Shown here one piece after another: positions 27,122 to 36,489 of a stretch of 64,000 bases of DNA (position 1 is its first letter; the number at the start of each line of letters is the position of its first letter). The position numbers and the translations under genes were made by a program. The notes beneath the pieces are model-generated. The model was not told where the DNA came from. It searched no databases and was given only the letters and a program-made list of their open reading frames with translations. This DNA is from Candidatus Limnocylindrales bacterium (lineage in GTDB: Bacteria > Desulfobacterota > Binatia > UBA1149 > CAITLU01): NCBI GenBank assembly GCA_035571835.1, contig DATNBU010000034.1, positions 23,013-87,012 of the forward strand, read 5' to 3'.

Positions 27122-28480
27122 TCAGTGCTGGTGCGGCGGCGCAGCAGGTGGCGCATCGGCTGCAGCCGGCGCATTGGCCGCCGGGGATGCCGTTGTTCCG
27201 GCGGTCGCCGTGCTCGAACGCTGCGCGATGAATTTTCGAAGCGCGTCCTGCAGCCGGCTTTCGGCGTCGAGCAGGAACTGCCCGCTGACGACGACTTCCT
27301 CGCCGGCAGTAAGCCCTTCGAGGATCTGGACGTTTCCTCCTTCGGCGATCCACCCGGTGCGCACGCGGCGCGGCTCGAAGTGGCCGGGCTTGTCGCCGAC
27401 GACGAATGCGACCTGGCGGTCTCCGGTGTCGATCACCGCTTCGCGCGGCACCAGCAGCGCGCTCGGCGCGAGGTCGCCGCGCAGCACGACCGTGGCGAAC
27501 ATGCCCGGCCGCAGGTCGAAGTCCGGATTGGCAACCGCCATGCGCACGCTTGCCGTACGCGTGGTTTCGTCGAGATGCGGATGCAGGAAGACGACTTCGC
27601 CCGCGTAAACCTTGTCGGCCTGCGACGCTACGCGTGCCTCGATTTTCTGTCCGACCGAGACGAGCGCGAGGTCCTGTTCGTAAACGCGTGCGTCGATCCA
27701 CACGGTCGAATGATCGACGATGCGCAGGACTTTCTGTCCGGCCGTGACGGCCGACCCTTCGACGACCGGCTTCTCGGTGACGTTGCCGGTCACCGGACTT
27801 CGGAACGCGATGACTTCCGGCGCGCGGTCGAGACGCGACAGGCGTGCGATCTCGGCGTCGTCGAGGCCCTGAAGCGAGAGTTTTCGAAGAGTCGCGTCGC
27901 GGATCGAGTCGAGCGTCGGGTCGGCGTGCGCGCCGCCGCTGCGTCTGCGCAGCGCGATCATCTCCTCGACGGCCACCTGGATTTCCGGGCTGTACAAATC
28001 GTAGAGCGGATCGCCTTTCCGGACGTGGATTCCCTCGGTGTTCGCGTAAAGACGCCGGATGTAGCCGGAAACCCGTGACGTCACGTCGTGGACGAGCGGC
28101 TGCGCTTCCTCGACGAATCCCGCAACGCGCACTTCGCGCACGAGCGGACCTTCGATCGCACGCGCCGTGCGGACTCCCATGTTCTGCACGACCACCGGAT
28201 CGATCGTGATCGCGCTGCCGGCAGCCGACGCATCGGTGGCTTCGCTCTCGAGCGGGGTCAGCTTCATGTGGCAGATCGGGCACTCGCCCGGATGGTCCTG
28301 GATGACCTGCGGGTGCATTCCGCACGTCCAGAGCTGCACATGCGCGCTGCCGCTCGAGTCCCCGGTCTGCGCGGCTGCGACGGCGACCAGACCGTGTGCG
28401 AAGTCGTGAGAATGAAACGTCGCGGGCTCGAGAGACAGGCCGAGCGCGACGGCTGCGACGGACAAACGAAAAGCTTTCAT
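27122..28480 (-). CDS. cusB: RND efflux periplasmic adaptor (CusB-like) with N-terminal CxxC heavy-metal-binding domain
   Basis: 452 aa. Signal peptide, WTCGMHPQVIQDHPGECPICHMKL, barrel-sandwich and beta-barrel adaptor sequence, and a C-terminal PPHQH. Its start overlaps the cusC stop (ATGA). Confidence 0.9.
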   Translation of the reverse strand: MKAFRLSVAAVALGLSLEPATFHSHDFAHGLVAVAAAQTGDSSGSAHVQLWTCGMHPQVIQDHPGECPICHMKLTPLESEATDASAAGSAITIDPVVVQNMGVRTARAIEGPLVREVRVAGFVEEAQPLVHDVTSRVSGYIRRLYANTEGIHVRKGDPLYDLYSPEIQVAVEEMIALRRRSGGAHADPTLDSIRDATLRKLSLQGLDDAEIARLSRLDRAPEVIAFRSPVTGNVTEKPVVEGSAVTAGQKVLRIVDHSTVWIDARVYEQDLALVSVGQKIEARVASQADKVYAGEVVFLHPHLDETTRTASVRMAVANPDFDLRPGMFATVVLRGDLAPSALLVPREAVIDTGDRQVAFVVGDKPGHFEPRRVRTGWIAEGGNVQILEGLTAGEEVVVSGQFLLDAESRLQDALRKFIAQRSSTATAGTTASPAANAPAAADAPPAAPPHQH

Positions 28481-29880
28481 CGTGAAATTCCCCGGCCGGC
28501 CTGCGCAACGCGAATCGCTTCGCTGTCGGTGAACGTTTCGAGATCGGCGCCGATCAGCTCCTCAATCGCCGCGAGCTGTTTCTCGCGATCGATCGCGGCC
28601 GCCGCGATCTCCTTGCGCGTCTCGAGAAGCACAGTGCGGGCTTCGACCAGCATCGAAAGGCCCGAGGTGCCGGCGACGTAGACGCTTTCAGCAACCGAAG
28701 CGGCCGATGTCGCGGCAGGAAGCACGCGCTGCTCGAGCAGTCGCCGGGCGCGCTCGCTGTCGAGCGCCGCGACCAGCGCGGCCCGCACCTCGGCTCCCTT
28801 GTCGCGCCGCGCCTGGACGAGGCGCGCGTCGGCGCCGCGGCGCATCGCCTTGGCCACCGCGATGCCCGACTGGATCTCGGCGATCTTCGTCGGCAGCACC
28901 AGGATCGCGCCGACGCTCTGTTCGATGCTCCCGGTGACCGCCGCCGTCGGATTGATGTCGGGGATCCATTGCAGCTCGGCGAGATCCTGTTCGTTCCTGC
29001 GGGCATTGCGGTCGTGCTCGAGCCCGCGAACGTCCGGCCCGGTTTCCGCGGCACGGATGATCGTCAGCGGACTGGATGGCAGCGTTCGCGGAGACGGCAG
29101 GCGGCTCGGCGTCGCGATCGAATCCGACGATTCGATCGCCGCGAGCGCGGCAAGCGCGAGCTTTGCCCGCACGACTTCGGCGCGGGCCTTCGCCGCGGCA
29201 TCGCGCGCACGTGCACCGGCAATGCCGGCGCTGAGCACCGCGCTCTGGTCGCTGCCGGTGCGCAGGGACGCTGCCGCGGCATCGGATCCGACGTCGGCGA
29301 GCGTCGCCGCCGCCAGCGCGATGCGTTCGTTCTCGGCGGCCATTGCCAGGTCGAGCCACGCATCGAGCACCTTGCGCTGGAGCTGGAACTTTTCGCGGCG
29401 GAAGCGTTCACCGGCTGCGCGCGCATCGTCGAGAGCGACGCGGCCGGAAGCCATCGTCTTGCCCGGGAACGACAGGTTTTCCATCGAGTCGAAACCGGCC
29501 GTGAACGTCGAGCGGTCGAAGCTCTTCACGCTCTCGTTCGAGAACAGGTACGAGTAGCCGAGCGAGATGTTGCTGTTCGGCCACGCGGACGCGCCGCGCA
29601 CACGCTCGACCGCAGCCTTCCAGTCGTACCATGCTGCGCGGACGTCGCCGTTCGCGATCAGCGCTCGCCGGAGCAGGGTGCGCCAGTCGTCGCCGCCGGC
29701 CGTTACCGGCAGCGTCTCAGCATCGACGTGCTCGAATTTTGCTCCGGCCGCTTCGAGACGCGCTCGCTCGTCGTCGAGGCCGCGCGGCGTCAGCGCGCAG
29801 CCTTGCAGAAGGGTGAGAATCGCCGCTGCGGCGGTTGCAGTGAACATGGCGGCGAAACTCGCCGGTTGTGAGGTCGACAT
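28477..29880 (-). CDS. cusC: TolC family outer-membrane efflux protein (CusC-like)
   Basis: 467 aa. Lipoprotein-like N-terminus ...AAILTLLQGCALTP, two TolC-type coiled repeats, and its operon position. Confidence 0.9.
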   Translation of the reverse strand: MSTSQPASFAAMFTATAAAAILTLLQGCALTPRGLDDERARLEAAGAKFEHVDAETLPVTAGGDDWRTLLRRALIANGDVRAAWYDWKAAVERVRGASAWPNSNISLGYSYLFSNESVKSFDRSTFTAGFDSMENLSFPGKTMASGRVALDDARAAGERFRREKFQLQRKVLDAWLDLAMAAENERIALAAATLADVGSDAAAASLRTGSDQSAVLSAGIAGARARDAAAKARAEVVRAKLALAALAAIESSDSIATPSRLPSPRTLPSSPLTIIRAAETGPDVRGLEHDRNARRNEQDLAELQWIPDINPTAAVTGSIEQSVGAILVLPTKIAEIQSGIAVAKAMRRGADARLVQARRDKGAEVRAALVAALDSERARRLLEQRVLPAATSAASVAESVYVAGTSGLSMLVEARTVLLETRKEIAAAAIDREKQLAAIEELIGADLETFTDSEAIRVAQAGRGISR

Positions 29881-30009
29881 CGGACCGCTCCGCTATCCGT
29901 GCGCCGTGCGCACGGTTTCGGGTCCGCGGAGAACCACGGACCGGATGAACGTACAGGGAGACGGCGCGCTGGAAGCTGGCGCGCCGGCGACTCGCGGAGT
30001 GGCGGGATC

Positions 30010-30405
30010 TCAGATGATCCAGGTACAGAGACGCGGTCGGTAGACGGCGCTCATCCCGGGTGGAGCTGCGGCGCGATGCAGAAGCGTTCGCGCGCTTTGT
30101 GGCGTCAGGACCGACGCCGGAAGGATCGCTGCGACAACGCCCGTATACGCAGGAGCTGCTTCCTGCGTCGCGGGAGGAACGCTGCGGTCTCCCGTGTCTG
30201 CACGGACTGCGCAGCTGCAACCTGAGCGGATCGCCGAAGAGCATGCCGGCTGCGCCGCAGCCTGGGCCTCGTCGCAGCATGCGCAGCGCATCGCGACGGT
30301 TGCCGACTTTGCGGCCATCACCATCGGACACCGTCCTGCCGCGAATGCGGGCAGGGGCATCGCAATGGCGAGAGCGAGCATCGCTGTAAGAGCTCTACGA
30401 AACAT
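30010..30405 (-). CDS. Small secreted Cys-rich protein of unknown function upstream of the cus operon
   Basis: 131 aa. Signal peptide MFRRALTAMLALAIAMPLPAFAAG, then RCPMVMAAKSATVAMRCACCDEAQAAAQPACSSAIRSGCSCAV. Same strand as cusC and 130 bp upstream of it. Coding status rests only on the ORF, the signal peptide and the position. Confidence 0.5.
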   Translation of the reverse strand: MFRRALTAMLALAIAMPLPAFAAGRCPMVMAAKSATVAMRCACCDEAQAAAQPACSSAIRSGCSCAVRADTGDRSVPPATQEAAPAYTGVVAAILPASVLTPQSARTLLHRAAAPPGMSAVYRPRLCTWII

Positions 30406-30536
30406 CCAGGCGTCCCGGGTTGATCATGCGCACGGTCGGGGTCCGGCACAACCGCAAAGCGCATCCGCGGGAAAGCTTTCGGGTATCGGCGGGAAGGGGC
30501 TGGACGTGCGGCCTCGATCCGTCCAAGAAGTCTGGA

Positions 30537-31361
30537 ATGACGCCGGGGTCCTCTTCATCGCCTCCACGAGACGCCCTGGAAGTTTCTGCGAAAGACACCG
30601 AGGGCCTTCGCCTTCGGCTGGTGACGTACAACATTCACAGCGGCGTAGGTGTGGACGGTCGCCTGGATCTCGGCCGGACCGGGGCTGTCATCGGCGAGGC
30701 ACGGCCCGACATCGTCGCGCTGCAGGAAGTCGATCGCGGGCTGGTGCGCACCGGGCTCGCCGATCAGGCCGCCGTGCTCGCCAAGGCGCTCGATCTCGGC
30801 AGCCGGTTCTGCACGACGCGCACGTTCGACCGCGGCGATTTCGGCCTCGCGGTGCTCAGCCGCTACCCGGTCGTGGCGGCGCACGAATACGACCTGTCGT
30901 ACGGCAAGAGGCGCGAGCCGCGCTCGTGTCTGCGCGTCGACCTCGAGCTGTCGCCGGGAATGCTGCTGCATGTGTTCAACTGCCACCTCGGCCTTGCGAC
31001 GACCGAGCGCCGTTACCAGCGCCGGCGCATGCTGAGCGACGCGATCCTGCTCAGCGAGGAGCTGCACCATCCGGTAGTGCTGATGGGCGACTTCAACGAC
31101 CGTCCGCTGCCGGTCGTGCACACGGAGCTGCGCCAGCATTTCGTTGATGCGTTCCGCACCACCGGCAAGCGCCGCGGCGCGACGTTCCGGTACGGACCGC
31201 TGCGGCTGCGGCTCGATCACATCTATGTGAGCCGCGAGATCCGCGTCGTCGAATGCGGCGTGAGCCGCCGCGGCGCGGCCGGCGTGGCGTCCGACCACCG
31301 GCCGCTATTTGCGGAAATCGAGATGCGGGCTTCCGCCGCCGAATGCGTGAAATCGGTCTGA
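30537..31361 (+). CDS. Endonuclease/exonuclease/phosphatase (EEP) family protein
   Basis: LRLVTYNIHSGVGVDG...DIVALQEVD...GLAVLSRYP...VFNCHLGL...VVLMGDFN...LDHIYVS...SDHRPLFAEIEM. The start is uncertain; the track start is 30420 and I chose ATG 30537. Confidence 0.85.
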   Translation: MTPGSSSSPPRDALEVSAKDTEGLRLRLVTYNIHSGVGVDGRLDLGRTGAVIGEARPDIVALQEVDRGLVRTGLADQAAVLAKALDLGSRFCTTRTFDRGDFGLAVLSRYPVVAAHEYDLSYGKRREPRSCLRVDLELSPGMLLHVFNCHLGLATTERRYQRRRMLSDAILLSEELHHPVVLMGDFNDRPLPVVHTELRQHFVDAFRTTGKRRGATFRYGPLRLRLDHIYVSREIRVVECGVSRRGAAGVASDHRPLFAEIEMRASAAECVKSV

Positions 31362-33542
31362 CTGCCGCGCCTGCCGGCCGACTCGCAGGCGCTGGCGAAG
31401 CCACGCCAGCACACCGACGAACAGCGCGCTGACGAGCGCGAGCAGCGCGAGACTCTTCATTCCCGGCTCGCGCATCGACAGCTCGAGCTGGGTCTGGAAC
31501 AGTGAAAGGCCGACGATGCCCGGAAGCATTCCGATCACCGTCCCGAGCGCGAAGTCGCCGAAGCGCATCGGCGACGTGCCGACGACCATGTTGACGATCG
31601 TGAACGGGGCGACCGGCAGCACGCGGATCGCAATCATCGTCAGCAGCCCGCGACCGCGCAGGCCGCGCGCGATTTTCTGGAAGTGGCGTCCGGTGAGGCT
31701 TTCGACCGTGTTTCGTCCGGCCACGCGACCGACGGCAAACATCAGCGTCGCGCTCGCGAGGCTTCCGGCGAGCGAATAGAGCATGCCGAGCCATGGGCCG
31801 AACACAGCCGCGGTTGCGAGAATCAGCACAGTGACCGGCAGCGCGACGAGGCCGCTCAGCACATAGGCACCGATCACTGCAAACGGAGCGATGGCACTGC
31901 CTTGCAGCTCGGCTCCGAGAGAAGCGAGACGCGCCGGATCGATCAGCTCCTTCAGCGGCGTCCAGCGCCAGCATGCGGCCAGCGCCGCCAGCACGACGAG
32001 CATCACGGCGATGCGTGCGAGGTGGGTTTTTGCCCGGCGGCGGTAGGGCGGCGGCGCGAACGTCTCGATCACCGTCTCGGTCGTGATCGGGGCCTTCGGA
32101 TCGATCAGCGTTCCGTCGCCGATGTCGATGTCGACCTGGGTCTCGTCGGGGACGACCGGACGCAGGCATCGGTCCTTCTCCGTATGCTCGTCGACCAGCG
32201 CGACGAGAGAAGTCGTCTCCAGGGCGGCGGCTACCTCGTAGGGCGGCAGGCACAGGTGCTCGCCGAGCAGCCGGTTGCGCAGCGCGGAGATGACGCGGCG
32301 AACCCGGGGATCGTCGTCGGTCGCTTCGATCGAAAAATCGCATTCGGTGTCGAGACGCATCGACCGATTGGTGAGGTTCGACGAGCCGATGCGCAGGAAC
32401 CGGTCGTCGACGACCAGCACTTTCGAATGAAGGTTGATCTGGGTCTCGCCGAGCTCGGGCACGATCGGATAGCAGATGCGCAGGCGCCCGTGCACGTCGG
32501 ACTCCTGCAGTAGCTTGATGCGGCGGAAATGCAGCACCTGGATCGTGCGTGCCTCGAACCAGCCGAAATTGTTCTGAGGCAGCACGATCACGATCTGGGG
32601 ACCGTTCTCGCGCTGCAGGCATTCGACGAGCGCGCGCACGATCACGTCCGAGGTGAGGTACTGGTTCTCGATGTAGATCTGCCGCTGCGCCGCCGCGATC
32701 GCGGTCAGATACAGGCGCTCGATCTCGACGACCTGCATCTGCTGCTCGTACTCGGGCTGCGTCCGCGAGATCCCGACCGAAATGTCGGTCGCATCGGGAA
32801 GGAACCCTTCCGGCCAGCAGTCGCCGGTATCGTGCCGCAGCGGCTCGGCGTCTTCTCCGGTGGCGCGTTTCCAGCGTTCGCGCACCAGCTCGGCGACGGC
32901 GCGCGCGACCGCGCCGTCGGCCATCATCATCACGTCGTGGGCGGGAACGTAGTCGGGAAACTCGGGATCGCTCCGGCGCGGATCCTTCGCGAGGTGCTCG
33001 GACGTGTCCCAGCGGCCGACGCCGATGTCCATTCCACCGCCGAGCACGACCGAGTCGTCGACGACCACGAGCTTCTGGTGATGACTCGCTCCGCCCGGAT
33101 GGTACGAGTCGTAGACGAAATGGAACCGCTTCGATCGCGGCCAGTCGGTCAGGCGCCGCGTGCGCGTTTCGCGATCCTTCGACAGGATGACCGGGAAGTC
33201 CCAGTCGAGAACGTAGACCTGGAGCTCGGGATTGCGCGCGAGGATCGCCGAGAGCCGCGCACCGAGCGTGCTCGGCAGCCCGTCGTCTTCCTTGCCGAGC
33301 AGCACATTCAGGCCGCGACGAAGCTCGAGCTGCGGACCGGCGATGGCTGCATCCTGCTCGGATCCGCGCAGCAGGCGGACGCGGCTGTGAATGTCCCAGC
33401 CGAGGATGAAAACCGAGTGACGCGCTTTGGCGAGCGCGAGGGCGACCGCGCCGTAGTAAGCCTCGCCGTCGACCAGGAACGACACGCGATCGGCGTGCTC
33501 GATGCGCCATGCCGTTCGTCCGGTCTTGAGAATCGGTTCCAT
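31305..33542 (-). CDS. Phospholipase D-like (two HKD motifs) fused to a C-terminal VTT/DedA-type membrane domain
   Basis: HKD1 is HHQKLVVVDDSVVLGGGMDIG and HKD2 is LHSKVLVVDDRFLRIGSSNLTNRS. The C-terminal ~230 aa are polytopic (SNARE-associated/TVP38-like: FGPWLGMLYSLAGSLASATLMFAVGR...IRVLPVAPFTIVNMVVG). Start chosen at ATG 33542 (MEPILKTGRTAWRIEHADR). Confidence 0.88.
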   Translation of the reverse strand: MEPILKTGRTAWRIEHADRVSFLVDGEAYYGAVALALAKARHSVFILGWDIHSRVRLLRGSEQDAAIAGPQLELRRGLNVLLGKEDDGLPSTLGARLSAILARNPELQVYVLDWDFPVILSKDRETRTRRLTDWPRSKRFHFVYDSYHPGGASHHQKLVVVDDSVVLGGGMDIGVGRWDTSEHLAKDPRRSDPEFPDYVPAHDVMMMADGAVARAVAELVRERWKRATGEDAEPLRHDTGDCWPEGFLPDATDISVGISRTQPEYEQQMQVVEIERLYLTAIAAAQRQIYIENQYLTSDVIVRALVECLQRENGPQIVIVLPQNNFGWFEARTIQVLHFRRIKLLQESDVHGRLRICYPIVPELGETQINLHSKVLVVDDRFLRIGSSNLTNRSMRLDTECDFSIEATDDDPRVRRVISALRNRLLGEHLCLPPYEVAAALETTSLVALVDEHTEKDRCLRPVVPDETQVDIDIGDGTLIDPKAPITTETVIETFAPPPYRRRAKTHLARIAVMLVVLAALAACWRWTPLKELIDPARLASLGAELQGSAIAPFAVIGAYVLSGLVALPVTVLILATAAVFGPWLGMLYSLAGSLASATLMFAVGRVAGRNTVESLTGRHFQKIARGLRGRGLLTMIAIRVLPVAPFTIVNMVVGTSPMRFGDFALGTVIGMLPGIVGLSLFQTQLELSMREPGMKSLALLALVSALFVGVLAWLRQRLRVGRQARQSDRFHAFGGGSPHLDFRK

Positions 33543-33761
33543 CTCGAACACCGCCGCAAGGCCCGTACGGCTCGTGATCGATTTTTTGTCCGCATCGCGA
33601 CGGTTAGGAAGCGCCGCGCGTGTTCTCGCACCACGACGGGTGTGAGAACAGGCAATCTCCACCTCCGTGGAGTCGGATGTCACGCGTTCGGTGCCGCATC
33701 GCGGAGCGAATGCGTGCCGAGAACGTACCGGTAGCTTACGGCAGTCGCGTCGCGCGAGCGC

Positions 33762-34949
33762 TCAGCCGACGCGTACCATCAGATGCTCGATGCCGCTGAT
33801 GAAGTTCGAAGGCCGTCGCGGGGGCGCATCCTCGGCGAGCGGCCGGATGCCGCGCAGCCGTCTGGTTGCCTCCTCGAAGAAGATGACGAGCTCGAGACGC
33901 GCGAGGCTGGCGCCGAGGCAGAAGTGCGCGCCGATTCCGAATGCAAGATGGTCGTTCGGGGTGCGCCGCACGTCGAACGTTTCCGGATCGCGAAATACCG
34001 CCGGATCGCGATTGGCCGCCGGATAGAGCAGCAGCAGCTTGTCGCCTTCGCGAAGCTTTTTACCGTGCATCTCGACGTCGCGCGTGAGCGTGCGGTTCAT
34101 GTTCTTGACCGGCGTAACCCAGCGCAGCATCTCTTCGACAGCCGTTGGAATGCGCGCGTGGTTTTCGCCGAGCCACGCCCAGTCCTCAGGATGGGCGAGA
34201 AGCTCGGCCATCCCTCCGCTCAGCACGTGGCGGGTCGTCTCGTCGCCACCGATCAGGATCAGCAGCGCCTCGGCGACGATCTCGGCGTCGTCGAGCCGCT
34301 CGCCGTCGATCTCGGCGTGCGCGAGAATGCTGAACAGGTCGTGCTGCAGCGGTTTCGCGCGCCGGTCGTGCAGCACGCCGTACGAGTGTTCCAGGAACTC
34401 GCGAAACGCCTGGTCCGCGCGCGCGAACACTTCCGGATCCGCCGTCCCGCTGCCGCGCACCATGTCGTCCGACCAGCGCAGCACGTCGGCGTAGTGCTCG
34501 GGCTCGACGCCGAGCATGTCGCCGATCACGATCAGCGGCAGCCACGCGGCCACGTCACCGACGAAATCGAATTCTCCCAGGGCGACGGCCTTGTCGAGCA
34601 GGTCGGCGCTGATCGCGCGGATGCGCGGGCCGCGTTCGAGCACACGCCGTACGGTGAATCCCTTGTTGACGAGGTTACGGCGCTTGCGGTGCAGCGGGTC
34701 GTCGGTGTTGATCATGAACGGGAAGGCCGGGGCGTCGGGCCGGTTGCCGCCCGCGTTGCAGAACGTGGCCGTGTCGCGAGAAACCGCCAGCACGTCCGCG
34801 TAGCGGCTGACTCCCCAGACTTCTCCCGCTTCGTCCCAGTACACGGGCTCGAACTCGCGAAGCCAGGCAAGCTCGGCGTACGGCTCGCGCGCCCAGAACT
34901 CGCCGTCGAGTAGCCGGATGTCCGGCGGCGCCGTGTCGCGAGTGGTCAT
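33762..34949 (-). CDS. Cytochrome P450
   Basis: Heme loop FGIGAHFCLGASLARLE, EETLR-type motif (EEMLRW), and I-helix LLILIGGDETTRH. Start chosen at ATG 34949 (MTTRDTAPPDIRLLDGEFW). Confidence 0.92.
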   Translation of the reverse strand: MTTRDTAPPDIRLLDGEFWAREPYAELAWLREFEPVYWDEAGEVWGVSRYADVLAVSRDTATFCNAGGNRPDAPAFPFMINTDDPLHRKRRNLVNKGFTVRRVLERGPRIRAISADLLDKAVALGEFDFVGDVAAWLPLIVIGDMLGVEPEHYADVLRWSDDMVRGSGTADPEVFARADQAFREFLEHSYGVLHDRRAKPLQHDLFSILAHAEIDGERLDDAEIVAEALLILIGGDETTRHVLSGGMAELLAHPEDWAWLGENHARIPTAVEEMLRWVTPVKNMNRTLTRDVEMHGKKLREGDKLLLLYPAANRDPAVFRDPETFDVRRTPNDHLAFGIGAHFCLGASLARLELVIFFEEATRRLRGIRPLAEDAPPRRPSNFISGIEHLMVRVG

Positions 34950-35210
34950 GGCGGCAATGTGATGGTCGTGCCGACTCGGCGCAAATGGAATGACATGCAG
35001 CCTCGGATCATCGGCTAGCGCACTCCGCGTCCGCGGCTTCGGCTGCATGAGCGAGGCGCTGGGGTTCGGAGTCGTTCCGCCGTTTACCGCTCCTGCATTT
35101 CCTCCGTCCCGGAACGATCCAACTCGCGCCATCTCCCCAGCTGCCGATCCGATGCGGTGGACTCAGGCTACGGCGCACCGCTAGGATCGCTCGAGCGGAG
35201 GGACAGCCAG

Positions 35211-36323
35211 ATGCAGAAAGTCTCGAGAATCAGCGTAGCGTGTGTGACCGCGTTCGCCGTATTCCTGGCCAATGCCCCCTTCGCCAACGCCGACACGGAA
35301 GTAAACACGTGCGGCCAGATCGTGGCGGGGCCCGGCTACCTGAATGCCGACCTCACCTGCACCGGGATGTCCGGAGCGGCTATCATCCTCGAGCCCGGCG
35401 CGACGCTGGACTTTCGTGGCCACGTCCTGACGAGCGACTTCGGCGGCGTCATCTGCAACGCCTCCTGCACGATCGAGTCTTCCGCTCCGGGCGGCACGAT
35501 CCGCAACTGTACGGGCGCGGCAGTCACAACGGAGTACCAGGAATTCCTGACCCAGGTGAAAATCAGCGATCTGACGCTCGACGGAAACCGTTACGGCGTG
35601 GGCGTCCAGCACACCCTCGTTGCGACCAACCTGACGATTACCAACACCGAAGAAAATGCGCTCAGTGGACGGGACGTCCGAGCGAGCAACATCACGATCG
35701 ACGGTGCCGGAGCCGGCATTTCGGGCAGCTCGTTCGGCGTCCTCAGAGTCCGTGATTCTACGGTAAGGAACGCCGCCAGGGGCATCGGGGGCTACTCGCT
35801 GCGAGTGGATCGAACGACGGTGACCGGAGCGACCGACGTCGGAATATCGACGTCTCACGGAACCATCCGGGACTGCCACATGGACGAGAACCCGGGAACC
35901 GGGATTTATGTCGGCAGCTACGCCTACGGAAAGGTCAGCGTTTCCGACAGCACCGTGAATGGGAACGGAGGGCGAGGAATCGATGGCACAGCGAAAGTCA
36001 TCCTGAAAAATACGAGCGTCGCCGACAACGGGCTCGAAGGCGTCTACACCCTGCACAACGTCCAGGTGAAGAACGGGTCGGTCATCTCCGGAAACGGCCT
36101 CGACGGAGTGCGGGTTGCCATTCACAGTATTTGTCCTCGCCTGTCCGTGCGGGACTCAATCGTCGAAGGCAACGGTCTCGACGCGACATGCGGTATCAGT
36201 GTCACCTGCGCGGACCTGTCGTCGTGCGAGAAGCCTCTCGTCGGCAAAACGACTTGCGAGCATTCCTACGACACCGACTCCGGATTTCCAGGCACGAGCT
36301 GGGATATCTGCTCGTTGGACTGA
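35211..36323 (+). CDS. Secreted right-handed parallel beta-helix repeat protein (paralogue C of the 8.4-10.8 kb pair)
   Basis: ATG 35211 with GGAGGGA upstream. Signal peptide MQKVSRISVACVTAFAVFLANAPFANA. N-cap NTCGQIVAGPGYLNADLTC...AAIILEPGATLDFRGHVLTS. Regular ~22-aa rungs (V.(N/D)S.V..N...GI). Cys-rich C-terminus. Confidence 0.8.
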   Translation: MQKVSRISVACVTAFAVFLANAPFANADTEVNTCGQIVAGPGYLNADLTCTGMSGAAIILEPGATLDFRGHVLTSDFGGVICNASCTIESSAPGGTIRNCTGAAVTTEYQEFLTQVKISDLTLDGNRYGVGVQHTLVATNLTITNTEENALSGRDVRASNITIDGAGAGISGSSFGVLRVRDSTVRNAARGIGGYSLRVDRTTVTGATDVGISTSHGTIRDCHMDENPGTGIYVGSYAYGKVSVSDSTVNGNGGRGIDGTAKVILKNTSVADNGLEGVYTLHNVQVKNGSVISGNGLDGVRVAIHSICPRLSVRDSIVEGNGLDATCGISVTCADLSSCEKPLVGKTTCEHSYDTDSGFPGTSWDICSLD

Positions 36324-36489
36324 CGCCGGATCGCGTAGCAAACCCGCAATCGCCGCTGGATAGTCCGTCACGTTCTTCCGGCATGGCCGGCTTGTCGCCG
36401 GCCGACTCTTTCGTCATAACGTCGCGCTTTCACGGCGCTGCCCGGTGCGGCCCGCCAAAGACCCTACGAGCTTACCGAGGAGGACGAAG

